A program made the position numbers and the translations under genes. From a virus, in the IMG/VR virus record IMGVR_UViG_3300021964_000022, positions 46,013 through 110,012 of that record: a stretch of DNA of 64,000 nt. One strand, written 5' to 3'. Under the pieces are notes generated by a model. That model saw only the letters and a program-made list of their open reading frames with translations, was not told where the DNA came from and made no database searches. Positions 19,163 through 29,140 of this stretch are shown here, piece after piece. Positions within the stretch are counted from its first letter, which is position 1. Each line of letters begins with the position of its first letter.

Positions 19163-20327
19163 TTAAATCATTTGCTAGTTTATTAGGTGCTGGCATGCTG
19201 TTTATTACTTTATATGTTTGATAATTATGATGTAATATAGGCATTAGATCATTATATATATTTTTTAGTTCGTTTATATTATATGAATTTAATTTATCTA
19301 TTTCTTTTAGACACATCGACAAACGTTTTTCGTCATCAACTTCATTATCATAGCTTTCATCAATAATAGAACTAAATGTTATAAATCCTAAATTTTGTAG
19401 TAAGCTAAGTGTTCCAGGTAGACCAATTATTACAAAAGGATGCCCATAAAGGAAACACTTTAATACTTTTTCAGTAAACATTTGTCGTTGTTCGCCTCTA
19501 GAAAAATCACCTTCAGTTATAATACTAAAGTAACTTTGTTGGAAATAATTTTCAAGTGTTGGCATATTAACTTTAATTGCATGATGCTGACTTTCCTCTA
19601 CATCTAGCTGTAACGGTAAGCAAGACAATCTATCCTTTTGTTCTTGTGTAAGTTCTAATTTATCAAGATCAGGATCAAGAAATCGTCTTAGATTTTTTTC
19701 ATCTTCAGACCATTGTTTCTTTGAATTGTTTATAAGAGCTTTATATTCTCCTAACATACAACTTAAGAAAGTATGTTTTGCTATGTCATTTTTCAATAAA
19801 TGATCAACTGTAAGTATTCTATGATATCTTTCTTGTCTGTTAACACACATAAACTTTTTATCTCGTAATTGTGCGTTAACTGCCCATTCGTGTTCTTGTA
19901 TATCTATATTATCGTAACTATTAAGATGAAGATGTATATTAAAATATTGAAAGTTATCTGAATGCCCAAATACTTGTTTACATATGTCATTCATTTTCAT
20001 ATTACTAGATAATATTCTCCAATGCTTTACACATTTACTTTGCGTAAGTGCATCTTTAAACATTTGCATAAACTCTTTGTCTGCTAGTCCTTCATAACTA
20101 TCATCTAATATTAAAAATAATTCACTATCTTTAAAACGTTCTAACATTAATGGCATTTGTTGTAGCATATATGCGTTATTGCCCACAAATTCAAAGAACA
20201 ATATCATTTTAGGATGTACAACAAAGTTTTCTTGGTCGATATCAAAGCCTAGTATGCCTTCATATTTGTTTACAAGTGTTTCGTATGTTCGTGCGCCGCC
20301 CTGTAAGAAAGCTGATGGTATTTTCAT
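19140..20327 (-). CDS. Putative glycosyltransferase (GT10-like C-terminal motif)
   Basis: YFSIITE...FTEK..K...GHPFVIIG...LGF.TF...IDESYD. Confidence 0.45.
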   Translation of the reverse strand: MKIPSAFLQGGARTYETLVNKYEGILGFDIDQENFVVHPKMILFFEFVGNNAYMLQQMPLMLERFKDSELFLILDDSYEGLADKEFMQMFKDALTQSKCVKHWRILSSNMKMNDICKQVFGHSDNFQYFNIHLHLNSYDNIDIQEHEWAVNAQLRDKKFMCVNRQERYHRILTVDHLLKNDIAKHTFLSCMLGEYKALINNSKKQWSEDEKNLRRFLDPDLDKLELTQEQKDRLSCLPLQLDVEESQHHAIKVNMPTLENYFQQSYFSIITEGDFSRGEQRQMFTEKVLKCFLYGHPFVIIGLPGTLSLLQNLGFITFSSIIDESYDNEVDDEKRLSMCLKEIDKLNSYNINELKNIYNDLMPILHHNYQTYKVINSMPAPNKLANDLISWYSND

Positions 20328-21196
20328 AATTTTTCTACTCTGTGTTTTACTATTGCATCTTGTTGTGGCTTTAGTTGAGGGTTAGCTGGGCACATTGCAC
20401 AAATAGAATTTGGTTTTCGTATATTATCTATAAACTCTTCTAATTGTGTTTCTTCAAAGTCTATTCCTAGACCTTTATATTTTAAATAAGGTGCCCAGTC
20501 GTCATCACCTAATTGAAAACTTTTTGTTAAATGTGTTTCTAACATACTAATCGGAGGACATTTGTACAAACGATTTTTATATATTATAGGATATACATTT
20601 GCCATACAATTAGCATAGCTTTCATCTGGTTTATTATCTGTCCAAGGTTTAAGTATTCCGTTTATATTTTGTCTATAATCATACCAGCCACCGTCTGTAG
20701 GATCAGTAGTTTCAAACGTAACATCTTTATATTTCCAAATGTTTGGTGCTGTTTGATAAAATCCGTAATGTTTAAAAATATATTTCTTAATATTACGATC
20801 AATAATATTTCTTATTTCAGGATCTTTATTATGATATGTTAAACTAACTTTAGCATTACCTAACTCTAATAATAATTCTATTAGCTTAGGTCTTTTTGGA
20901 AACAATAATCCATTTGTGTATATTTCAATAGTTGCATGATCAAAGTGTTTACGTGTACTACGAATAATATCGTAAATGTAAGGGTGTAATAAAGGCTCTC
21001 CACCTATAAGTGTGAAGTTATCTGGGTCTAAATGTTTAGACCAAAAGGACATATTCTTATCGATATCATCATAACTTTCTGTCCAGTTATGATTATAATC
21101 AATAAAACGATCACAACCAGGGCAAGCTAAGTCGCAACTGGTTGTGATCATCCATTCTAAAAATGGAAGCCAATGTCCTCTGTTATTATCACGCAT
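20324..21196 (-). CDS. Radical SAM enzyme with C-terminal Cys cluster
   Basis: CDLACPGC, GGEPLLHP, YTNG; C-terminal C...YKCP...CAMCP. Confidence 0.85.
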   Translation of the reverse strand: MRDNNRGHWLPFLEWMITTSCDLACPGCDRFIDYNHNWTESYDDIDKNMSFWSKHLDPDNFTLIGGEPLLHPYIYDIIRSTRKHFDHATIEIYTNGLLFPKRPKLIELLLELGNAKVSLTYHNKDPEIRNIIDRNIKKYIFKHYGFYQTAPNIWKYKDVTFETTDPTDGGWYDYRQNINGILKPWTDNKPDESYANCMANVYPIIYKNRLYKCPPISMLETHLTKSFQLGDDDWAPYLKYKGLGIDFEETQLEEFIDNIRKPNSICAMCPANPQLKPQQDAIVKHRVEKL

Positions 21197-22257
21197 TAAT
21201 TAAAGTAATCTTCTCGTGTTCCTTTACGTTTAGTATCTAACGTAACACAATGAAAACCGCCTGACAAAGTACGTGCTTGACGCATAGGTAATCCGATTGA
21301 TTCAATACCATGCTGGTCTAATACTTTACGAAGTTCGTGTTGGTTCTCATCACAAATAACAAGTTCCTCATTAACACTCATAAAGTTTAAGCCAATGTAC
21401 TTACTGCAAGGTGATACACCATTTGCTAAATTAGTACCAATGTCGTGTACTTTGTCACCTGGGAAGAAAATCTTATCCCATGATTCAAAGATAGGTGGGT
21501 ACCAATCTTCGTTGATTCTGTCACCATTAAACAATACAAGTCCAGGACGTAGTGGAATAACTGTACTATCAAAATGTGAATAACTATAAAACTTTTCAGC
21601 AAGATGAATACGGTATCCTAAAGGTTCAAGGATAGTTTTTAACCACTGTCCGCCTAATAATGTACCTGAATTACTTACTTGATACAACAAATCATTACCT
21701 AAACGTACTACATTAGGTGCATCAAATACAATTTCTTTGTTTACAAGTGTAGGAATACTTAGATCTTCAAGTTGATAAATGTCATCAAGCAATTTAGGAC
21801 GTGGCGCACTAATCCATTGTGAACCGCCTTCCATTGCTTCGTACAAAAACTCTCTGTATGCTGTTGTTTCATACTGTCTTGCTCTCATAGCACCCGGACA
21901 ATCAATAATAACATTATCTAAAGGCAGTAATAAGTCTCTTGGACAATATGTATACCAACCTGTAGTTTTCCAATCTGGTGATCCAAACTCCACGCTGTGA
22001 TCAATTGATTCAGGGCGTCTTACCTTTACACCTAAGTCTGTTAATACTTTTGCAAAACCGTCAAGGTCTTCATTTGCTTCGTCAATAACCCATTTAGGAC
22101 TAGGACCTTCTAAGTCTTTGATATGTTCATATTTGCAATCTGCAAAACCAAAACTGTGTGTTGATTTATCTACTGTTGGAATACGTGCATGATCTGCAAT
22201 TCCTACAAACACTTCTTCTAGTGGATCCCAGTCATTGTGACTGCTTACTATTGTCAT
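21196..22257 (-). CDS. Amidinotransferase (glycine / inosamine-phosphate amidinotransferase family)
   Basis: SHNDWDPLEEVFVG, CPRD, FDAPN, HFDST, GGFHCVTLD (Cys-His-Asp triad). Confidence 0.9.
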   Translation of the reverse strand: MTIVSSHNDWDPLEEVFVGIADHARIPTVDKSTHSFGFADCKYEHIKDLEGPSPKWVIDEANEDLDGFAKVLTDLGVKVRRPESIDHSVEFGSPDWKTTGWYTYCPRDLLLPLDNVIIDCPGAMRARQYETTAYREFLYEAMEGGSQWISAPRPKLLDDIYQLEDLSIPTLVNKEIVFDAPNVVRLGNDLLYQVSNSGTLLGGQWLKTILEPLGYRIHLAEKFYSYSHFDSTVIPLRPGLVLFNGDRINEDWYPPIFESWDKIFFPGDKVHDIGTNLANGVSPCSKYIGLNFMSVNEELVICDENQHELRKVLDQHGIESIGLPMRQARTLSGGFHCVTLDTKRKGTREDYFN

Positions 22258-22811
22258 TTGTTCTCCTTTGTCTTCATTGTTATGTTTATTACTATTCTTC
22301 TATAATTATTGAATGGGTTAGTGCTACTATGTAATTTATTACTTGGAAAAAATACTGCATTACCTTGTTCAAAAATACTTTGATCTATTTGGTTTAATTT
22401 ATTATCAAACATTACAGTTGGACCATCGCTTTTGTTTACATAATAAACTAAACTTGTCCATTCATCATCATGTACGTCAATATGTGGTGTATTGTAACTG
22501 TTTGATGTTGTTGTATCTTGAAATAACATATTTGCTTTTATTCTGCCAAGTTCGCACACTTGAAGTTTTTTATGATATTCAAAAAAATGTATTAATGGTC
22601 TTACTCCTTCCCATAAATGACTTACAGGCTGTCCTTGATCGTAAAGTAAATGTACAAACTGATGACTGTCTTCAATACCATCTACTTTGTTTACTTCTTG
22701 ATAATTTACAGTACTAGGTGTATATATCCATGATACTTTGTCGCCTGTAAATATGTTGTCTAGTTCGTTTACTAATGTTACAGGTAGCCAGTTTTGTAAT
22801 TTGTTAAACAT
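22254..22811 (-). CDS. 2OG-Fe(II) oxygenase
   Basis: RIKAN, PHID, YYVN.SDGPT, HSS, RIVIN. Confidence 0.8.
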   Translation of the reverse strand: MFNKLQNWLPVTLVNELDNIFTGDKVSWIYTPSTVNYQEVNKVDGIEDSHQFVHLLYDQGQPVSHLWEGVRPLIHFFEYHKKLQVCELGRIKANMLFQDTTTSNSYNTPHIDVHDDEWTSLVYYVNKSDGPTVMFDNKLNQIDQSIFEQGNAVFFPSNKLHSSTNPFNNYRRIVINITMKTKENK

Positions 22812-23667
22812 TTATTTTTTGTCCTATAAGGTCTGAAACAGTTACCCTATTGTACTTTCCGCCTCTATTGTTTTCTGCATATTCTTCGCCGCCTTGTCCA
22901 AACATAATACAATCTGTTTCTTCTAAATTGTTTTCTGCACAAACTTGCATATATACATTGCCGTAAGTATTCCAATTATGGTCTATACTAAAGTTTTGTA
23001 CTAGATTGTTAGCAATACTTAACGGTATTCTATTAATCATTTCAACAGAATTGAATACGTCAATACCGTCGTCTTCATCTTTACGCTGTAAACGCATACC
23101 TACACGCAAAAATTCACAACCGTAAAATGCCTTTGAAATTGAAAATGTAATCGTCTCTACTGCACTAAATTTTTTTAAGTTTAAGTTAATATTTTTTGTA
23201 CACGGAAAGTATGCAAAATCTAATAGTACAGGTATATCCATTCCAGCACAATTATATAAAATGTTCTCCATTGGTAGTTGTATACCTGCATCGCTAAACG
23301 GAACACTAATAATAACAGCATCGTTATTATCTAGTTTACTATCTTCTATGTAAGCCCAATCAAAACCATGCTTTAAACAAGCACTGTGGTACATAAATTC
23401 GCCCTTATAAAATCTAAAGCGTTTGGCCTTGTGTTTTAGATAAAAATGGTCAAATGCTTGTGCTGTGCCGCATACAAGACGTTTACTAGGAAATAGATCT
23501 AATCCTTGTAAGTTGTTTAACTTACTACTGTTAATCCAATTATAAAAGTTTTCAGTAAACTCTTGTGGTAAACTGTCATTGTATAGCTCTGAGCTACAAT
23601 CTAAATTGCTAATATAATGTTTAAAGTAGTAGTCTACTACAGGTTTAGCGCCTCGTAAATTCATCAT
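22804..23667 (-). CDS. PLP-dependent fold-type I enzyme (aminotransferase class I/II-like)
   Basis: GTAQAF, LLDFAYF (DxAY), TFSISKAF (SxSK Schiff-base Lys), LRVG. Confidence 0.7.
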   Translation of the reverse strand: MMNLRGAKPVVDYYFKHYISNLDCSSELYNDSLPQEFTENFYNWINSSKLNNLQGLDLFPSKRLVCGTAQAFDHFYLKHKAKRFRFYKGEFMYHSACLKHGFDWAYIEDSKLDNNDAVIISVPFSDAGIQLPMENILYNCAGMDIPVLLDFAYFPCTKNINLNLKKFSAVETITFSISKAFYGCEFLRVGMRLQRKDEDDGIDVFNSVEMINRIPLSIANNLVQNFSIDHNWNTYGNVYMQVCAENNLEETDCIMFGQGGEEYAENNRGGKYNRVTVSDLIGQKINV

Positions 23668-24163
23668 AAACTCCAGTTACTTGCATAGTATACTTTGTGG
23701 TCATACCCATATTTCCACTCAAATGCAGTTGATTTCTTCTTATTATTATAGCATCACCACGCTTCCAATGCAAGAAACTTTTTTCATTTATTTCAAAATA
23801 ATGTCCACTTTTCCAATCTTCTAAAAAAATATTAACCCTACAACACTTGTACGGGTCGATATTATTTTTATTTGCAAATTGAAAATAAGTATCTTCGTGA
23901 TTTGGTAATGTTTGACCTGGAGGTTGTTTCATTATTCCTACGCTATATCTAGGAAATAATGTTTTGCAGAAATTATGTATTTCTTCAGTAACTTCAAATG
24001 CACGATAGTACATACTATTGTCAGTATGATATCCTGCATCAATGTATTTTAAATTTTGTTGTTCAAACTCGTCTGTACGATCTGATATAGTTACATTATC
24101 TTCATGCACCCATTTAAGATTCTTATAATCAAAGTCTGGTAATTGTAAGTTTATTTTTCCCAT
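23645..24163 (-). CDS. 2OG-Fe(II)/cupin-fold oxygenase
   Basis: PGQTLPNHED, FLEDWKSGH, LHLSGN, YTMQVTG. Confidence 0.65.
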   Translation of the reverse strand: MGKINLQLPDFDYKNLKWVHEDNVTISDRTDEFEQQNLKYIDAGYHTDNSMYYRAFEVTEEIHNFCKTLFPRYSVGIMKQPPGQTLPNHEDTYFQFANKNNIDPYKCCRVNIFLEDWKSGHYFEINEKSFLHWKRGDAIIIRRNQLHLSGNMGMTTKYTMQVTGVYDEFTRR

Positions 24164-24903
24164 GGCTTATCGTATGGAACCTTTTCTTTATCGTCAAACC
24201 AGTATAAACTTCTATGTGGTGGAAATTTATCATCATGTTTAGCGTTACTAACATAGTAAAATAGACGAAGATTTTTTCTACTATGATTTTGTGGTAACTT
24301 CATTGGTTCGGGGTATCCATGATATGCTAAATTATTATAACTCCATACTACTAAGTTACCTGCGTCTGGTACAACTCGACTTACAACTGTTTTTCTATCA
24401 GTGTCATAAAAGTCTAAATTGCCTCCCCAACTTTCTTGCCATTTAGGATTTAAGTAAATTATAACACTTAAACGTCTATGCAATCTAAGTTGCTCATTCC
24501 AATTAAAATCTGTGTGTACTTTTAAACTATCACCTGTAAATGCTTTGCAATATCCTGCTCCTACTAAATGGGGATCGGGTATTAAATCAACAGTGTCGGT
24601 TATTTCTTGTAACCATTTTAAAAATGTTGCTCCGTGTAATGCACTTACAACAGCATCTTGAATAGGCGTATTATCAACATTATTATATTCATACATACGA
24701 CTACCTTTACGTGTAAATTTTTTACAATCCTCTAAAGGAATTTCGTCTAGTTCTTTAGCCATATTTTGTACAAGATCTATAGGTAAAAAGTTTTTTATTT
24801 CTAGTTTACTATATCCTGGATGACTTCTATATTCTTGTTGTAAAGAAAACGTGTCGGAGAAGTTATCTTGGATATGATCCAATATCTGCTTCTTAATGGT
24901 CAT
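24151..24903 (-). CDS. 2OG-Fe(II) oxygenase (prolyl-4-hydroxylase-like)
   Basis: PDPHLVGAG, LKVHTDFN, YLNPKW..SWGG.L, YHGYPEP, RKNLRLFYY. Confidence 0.85.
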   Translation of the reverse strand: MTIKKQILDHIQDNFSDTFSLQQEYRSHPGYSKLEIKNFLPIDLVQNMAKELDEIPLEDCKKFTRKGSRMYEYNNVDNTPIQDAVVSALHGATFLKWLQEITDTVDLIPDPHLVGAGYCKAFTGDSLKVHTDFNWNEQLRLHRRLSVIIYLNPKWQESWGGNLDFYDTDRKTVVSRVVPDAGNLVVWSYNNLAYHGYPEPMKLPQNHSRKNLRLFYYVSNAKHDDKFPPHRSLYWFDDKEKVPYDKPWEK

Positions 24904-26703
24904 TTAATTTCTCACACTAATTAATTTTTTATACTCAGGTAAGTATAGGTACTCTATATCACTATCATATAATGTTCTTATCGCATCGTCAAGTGTTTCT
25001 ACTAATGGTTCGCCGCCTAAGTTAAAACTTGTATTAAACAAAATAGGTAATCCTGTTTCATTATAAAAATCTTTTATTAAATTATAATAATTTTTATTTT
25101 GTTCTTCTTTTACTGTTTGTATACGACATGTACCGTCAACGTGTATGATACTAGGAATCTTTTCAGCAATACCAGGTTGACAATTCATTGCATACATCAT
25201 GTGCGGTGTTTCTTCTAATCCACGCATATCAAACCATTCGTGTGCATGTTCGTGTAGTATACTACCAGCAAACGGACGGAAATATTCTCTACGCTTAACT
25301 TTGTTAACATGATCTTTACCATCTTCGTATGATGGGTCAAACAATAAACTACGATTACCTAATGCTCTCGGTCCTGATTCCGAACGTCCTTGGAACATTG
25401 CTACAATATTTTTATTTGTTAATAATTCTATAACATCTTTATTTTCTGCGTCTTTTATTTCTGCATCATATTTTTCTACTACTGATGTTATTTCCTTATC
25501 AGTATAAGAGTACGCAGGGCCTAAATATAAACTATCTGCATATGTACGCTGTTTATCATCTTGCATCATATGATGATAATGTAACATTGCCGCACCAATA
25601 CATGTTCCAGCATCGCTTGAAATTGGTTCAACATACAATTTAATACCATGTTCGTTAAGTGTTTCTAAGAAGAAATAGTTTGCTACACAGTTTAGTCCAT
25701 AGCCGCCGCTGAGTACAACGTTTTTATTCCCGGTCATTTCAACTGCATTTAATATAAGTTCTAGTACACGCTGTTGTGATTCTGTTTGTACTGCATACGC
25801 CATATCTCTACGACTTTGTAATGTTGTTAAATCTTCACCATTTTCATAAACTGATTGTTCAGTTTTTAAGGCTTCATATCTGTTTTCATTTACAACAGCA
25901 CCGTTTGGATAAGTTGGAATAATTAAATTTCTATTTGCAGACACCCATTCATTACCGCCATCATCTGTATATACTGGAGGTATACCATCGTTTGGTTTGC
26001 CGTATGGTGATAGACCCATAGTTTTACCTGCTTCAATTGGTTGCCAGCCGCAGTATTGTGTTACTGCTTCATATGCTTTTACAATTCCTGCTGTATCGTC
26101 AAGTACTAATTCGTGTGTTCCACTTTCGCCTTCACGCTCACTAGGTATATTCATCTTAGCACCCATATAAGGTCCACGACCGCCTTGGTGCTTCCATATT
26201 GTTTTAATATTTGCAGGGTATTCACAATTAAATATTGTTTCTAACTCCCATGTCATTTCAGAGGTATTACCAAAATTCATAGGAATGTATGTGCCTGCTC
26301 CGTCTACAATAACTGCTGTTGCACTTTTAAATCCTGAGCGATAAAATGCACACGCCGCATGTAGTTTATGGTGTACAAATGCATAATCTAATACTTGAGG
26401 GTGTTCAGTACCTTCGTACTTCCTATCAATTAATCCTAATTTACGAGCAAGTCCAGTGTATATATCGTCACCGCTAAAATCAATTTTACCTGCTGTCTCA
26501 CCTAATGGTTGTGTATGTGCAATTATTAAGTAATCAATTTTATCTGTATAGTCGAGTATTTTAACCATACCTGCTAAAGGTCCGCCATCATACTTTTGTC
26601 TACTTAATCGTTCTTCTTCTAAACTAAAAATAACTTCACCGTCTTTTAATAGACAAACTGCTCCGTTATGACCTCGTGTTATACCTGCTATCCATTGTGC
26701 CAT
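24904..26703 (-). CDS. Carbamoyltransferase (NodU/CmcH/TobZ family)
   Basis: EEERLSRQK, HHKLHA, DGAG, GKTMGLSPYG, SGGYGLNC, GPRALGNRS, VKRREYFRPFA, HVDGTCRIQTV, NTSFN. Confidence 0.92.
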   Translation of the reverse strand: MAQWIAGITRGHNGAVCLLKDGEVIFSLEEERLSRQKYDGGPLAGMVKILDYTDKIDYLIIAHTQPLGETAGKIDFSGDDIYTGLARKLGLIDRKYEGTEHPQVLDYAFVHHKLHAACAFYRSGFKSATAVIVDGAGTYIPMNFGNTSEMTWELETIFNCEYPANIKTIWKHQGGRGPYMGAKMNIPSEREGESGTHELVLDDTAGIVKAYEAVTQYCGWQPIEAGKTMGLSPYGKPNDGIPPVYTDDGGNEWVSANRNLIIPTYPNGAVVNENRYEALKTEQSVYENGEDLTTLQSRRDMAYAVQTESQQRVLELILNAVEMTGNKNVVLSGGYGLNCVANYFFLETLNEHGIKLYVEPISSDAGTCIGAAMLHYHHMMQDDKQRTYADSLYLGPAYSYTDKEITSVVEKYDAEIKDAENKDVIELLTNKNIVAMFQGRSESGPRALGNRSLLFDPSYEDGKDHVNKVKRREYFRPFAGSILHEHAHEWFDMRGLEETPHMMYAMNCQPGIAEKIPSIIHVDGTCRIQTVKEEQNKNYYNLIKDFYNETGLPILFNTSFNLGGEPLVETLDDAIRTLYDSDIEYLYLPEYKKLISVRN

Positions 26704-26704
26704 C

Positions 26705-27244
26705 TTAAAACTCTCCTACGTCAAATGTAAAGTCACTTACAAAGACTTTTCGTTGTTGTTGTGTAGGATATGTGCCATGCCATACTCTACCATCTAGTAT
26801 TATTAACTTACCTGCTTCAGGCTTCCATTCTTCATAACTCATTCTATTATCATTATTCAATGTAGCATACAAATATCCTGCATGTGGGTATTTTTCTTCT
26901 TCTATGTAATCATTTAAAAATAACACACAAGTAAATTGCCTACCCGGTGTATGTGAATGCATACCAGCATAACTATGTTTTGGATAATCTATCCACCAAC
27001 TTTTACTATGCTGTATATTTTTATATGGTAAATTTTTAACATGTTTTTTTATATGTTCTTGATAATCATTACTAATTATAGCAGGAAATTCCCAATTATG
27101 CAAGTGAAAAATTGTACTATCACCACTATCTCTATGACTTTCTGCTTCTATATCAAATAGTTGCATAAAGTCGTTATAATTGTCGTACTTACTTTCTATG
27201 TAATACGTAGGCAACAAACTATGAGCGTAAGTATCAAAGTCCAT
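26705..27244 (-). CDS. 2OG-Fe(II) oxygenase-like protein
   Basis: SWW, HSH, CVLFL, WHGTYP, RKVFV. Confidence 0.65.
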   Translation of the reverse strand: MDFDTYAHSLLPTYYIESKYDNYNDFMQLFDIEAESHRDSGDSTIFHLHNWEFPAIISNDYQEHIKKHVKNLPYKNIQHSKSWWIDYPKHSYAGMHSHTPGRQFTCVLFLNDYIEEEKYPHAGYLYATLNNDNRMSYEEWKPEAGKLIILDGRVWHGTYPTQQQRKVFVSDFTFDVGEF

Positions 27245-28302
27245 TAACTTCCTGTTCTATTTAAAATTTGTGCTGGTTGTTGTTGTTGACTGTGGTCATG
27301 ATTAGGATTGTCACAACTTTGTGATTGAGGTGCCATCGGAATAAATGTTCCGGTAAATTTTTCACTTTTTCCTAATGCTTTTTTACAACTATTAACTACC
27401 TTAGAAATATTATCTTTTCCTAATTCCATTACTTCGTCATTTACACGATCTTGCCAATCTTCCATTGTTGTTCTAATGGGACTATATGTTCTTTTACCTT
27501 CGCCAACATCAATAATATCAAATGTATTATCATTAGGATAAGATATGTTGATTGGAAAAGTACTTCCAGTAACAATAGTTGCTGATTTACCTAGTGCCTT
27601 TGCTAGGTGTTGTCCTAAACTATCACAACCTAAAAAGTGATCTGCAATTTCAATTATACTTGCCCAAGTTCTTGTATCTGGAATCTGTGGCATAGCTACT
27701 GGAGTTTTATTACTGTCATTATCATCTAATGCTACAGGAAATTCACTCATTAATATAACAGCATATTCTTTTTTAAGTTGATTAATTATTTCAATAACGT
27801 CATTTAGATGAAAGCTTCTACTAGTTGGATCAATTATAAAATCGCCCATGTTTTGTGTACTTCTTCCAAAAGGTTGAAATACCAATACTTTATCTAATTT
27901 AGTTTTGGCTTTAATTTCTTGTACAATGTTAAATCCATTGACTATTTCTTGTTTATTAAGAATTACTTTAGGATCGCCCATATCTCTTAAACCTTTGTTA
28001 TTAATAATAATATCAAATGCTTGTGCAATACTTGCTTGTTGGTTGTAATACTCCCAAACCCTATACGGTTCTGGACTTACACAATCTCTATGTTTAATAT
28101 AATCTTCGAATAGATTCTTATGCCAAACGTCATATGCACGTTTATGTAATGTAGGATGTCCTTTATAAAAGTCCATACCACCTTCGCATACAATGATAAA
28201 ATCGTTATCTGGGTTTTCTTCTTCGAATTTTTCAAACGCAGGTATTGATGTGATTACCCGGCCTGCGCCACCATTGATAAAAAATGCTGTTGATCTAGAC
28301 AA
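27244..28302 (-). CDS. GT9 (heptosyltransferase)-like glycosyltransferase
   Basis: NGGAGRVITSIPA N-terminal loop and ADHFLGCDSLGQHLAKALGK (cf. GT9 G.DSG..HLAAA); TTG start after GGAGGA. Confidence 0.65.
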   Translation of the reverse strand: MSRSTAFFINGGAGRVITSIPAFEKFEEENPDNDFIIVCEGGMDFYKGHPTLHKRAYDVWHKNLFEDYIKHRDCVSPEPYRVWEYYNQQASIAQAFDIIINNKGLRDMGDPKVILNKQEIVNGFNIVQEIKAKTKLDKVLVFQPFGRSTQNMGDFIIDPTSRSFHLNDVIEIINQLKKEYAVILMSEFPVALDDNDSNKTPVAMPQIPDTRTWASIIEIADHFLGCDSLGQHLAKALGKSATIVTGSTFPINISYPNDNTFDIIDVGEGKRTYSPIRTTMEDWQDRVNDEVMELGKDNISKVVNSCKKALGKSEKFTGTFIPMAPQSQSCDNPNHDHSQQQQPAQILNRTGS

Positions 28303-28305
28303 AAA

Positions 28306-28348
28306 ACGTCCTCCTATAATATTGTTAAAATATTTATAGTGAGGACGT
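28306..28348 (-). promoter_or_regulatory. RBS-sequestering hairpin containing late promoter TATAAATA (28331-28338)
   Basis: Minus strand ACGTCCTC-A-CTATAAATATTTTAACAATATTATAG-GAGGACGT-TTT-TTG(start); the arms are complementary and the SD lies in the 3' arm. Confidence 0.75.
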
Positions 28349-28379
28349 CTTTAAAATGATAAAAGCGAAATAGGTTTAA

Positions 28380-29105
28380 TTAGTCTTGATTGTTTAGTTC
28401 AGCATCATCAACCATGTCGTCACCTTTTGGAGCACTTAATGGTGGACGTGGCATCATTTGTATTGCTAAACCTGCATCATGTTCAGCTAATGCTGTTGGT
28501 GCGTCTCTTAATAACTGTCTATAATCAAGCCATTTTTGACGAATTGAATCTGGCATTCCGTCGTCGATAACACCGTCTGCATCTTCGAGCATTCTATTTC
28601 TTAATTTTCTAAATTCATCCCAACTAAAGCTATCTGGTACACCATGTGTATCATGATTCTTTACTGGAATGTTAAACTCACCTGTGTCAAAATCGTAAGT
28701 AATGTTAAACTCATCGTAAATATCACGTGGTTCAAAATCTTGATCTCTTAATGTTTGTACGTTTTCATAACCGTCTGGACTAGTTGCAAAATCTTGCCAT
28801 TCGCGTGTTTCGCGTAATTGCAGTGCAGAATGTTTTCCTGCATCATTTGCTATTTCACATAACAGCGGATTTGTTTTACAATCTACAGTGACTCTAGTTA
28901 CGTCTAACGCACACGGTCTCTCTAGATCTTCATCTAACCATAAACACCACCCAGTTTCTTTTCCTGATGTGTTATCTATTTCAAATGTTAAAAATTCTGG
29001 ACCTTCATATGTCCAAGTTCCTGTCTTACCCGCGGTAAACTGATCTGAGATCCATGCATCCGGAATAGGGTATGTAAACTCTTGTTCTATATAATTTACT
29101 GGCAT
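28380..29105 (-). CDS. Tail fibre assembly chaperone-like protein
   Basis: C-terminal RKLRNRMLEDAD...WLDYRQLLRDAP matches phage tail assembly chaperone domains. Confidence 0.7.
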   Translation of the reverse strand: MPVNYIEQEFTYPIPDAWISDQFTAGKTGTWTYEGPEFLTFEIDNTSGKETGWCLWLDEDLERPCALDVTRVTVDCKTNPLLCEIANDAGKHSALQLRETREWQDFATSPDGYENVQTLRDQDFEPRDIYDEFNITYDFDTGEFNIPVKNHDTHGVPDSFSWDEFRKLRNRMLEDADGVIDDGMPDSIRQKWLDYRQLLRDAPTALAEHDAGLAIQMMPRPPLSAPKGDDMVDDAELNNQD

Positions 29106-29140
29106 TTTATTTCATTGCTCCTTATTCGTATTTATCATTA

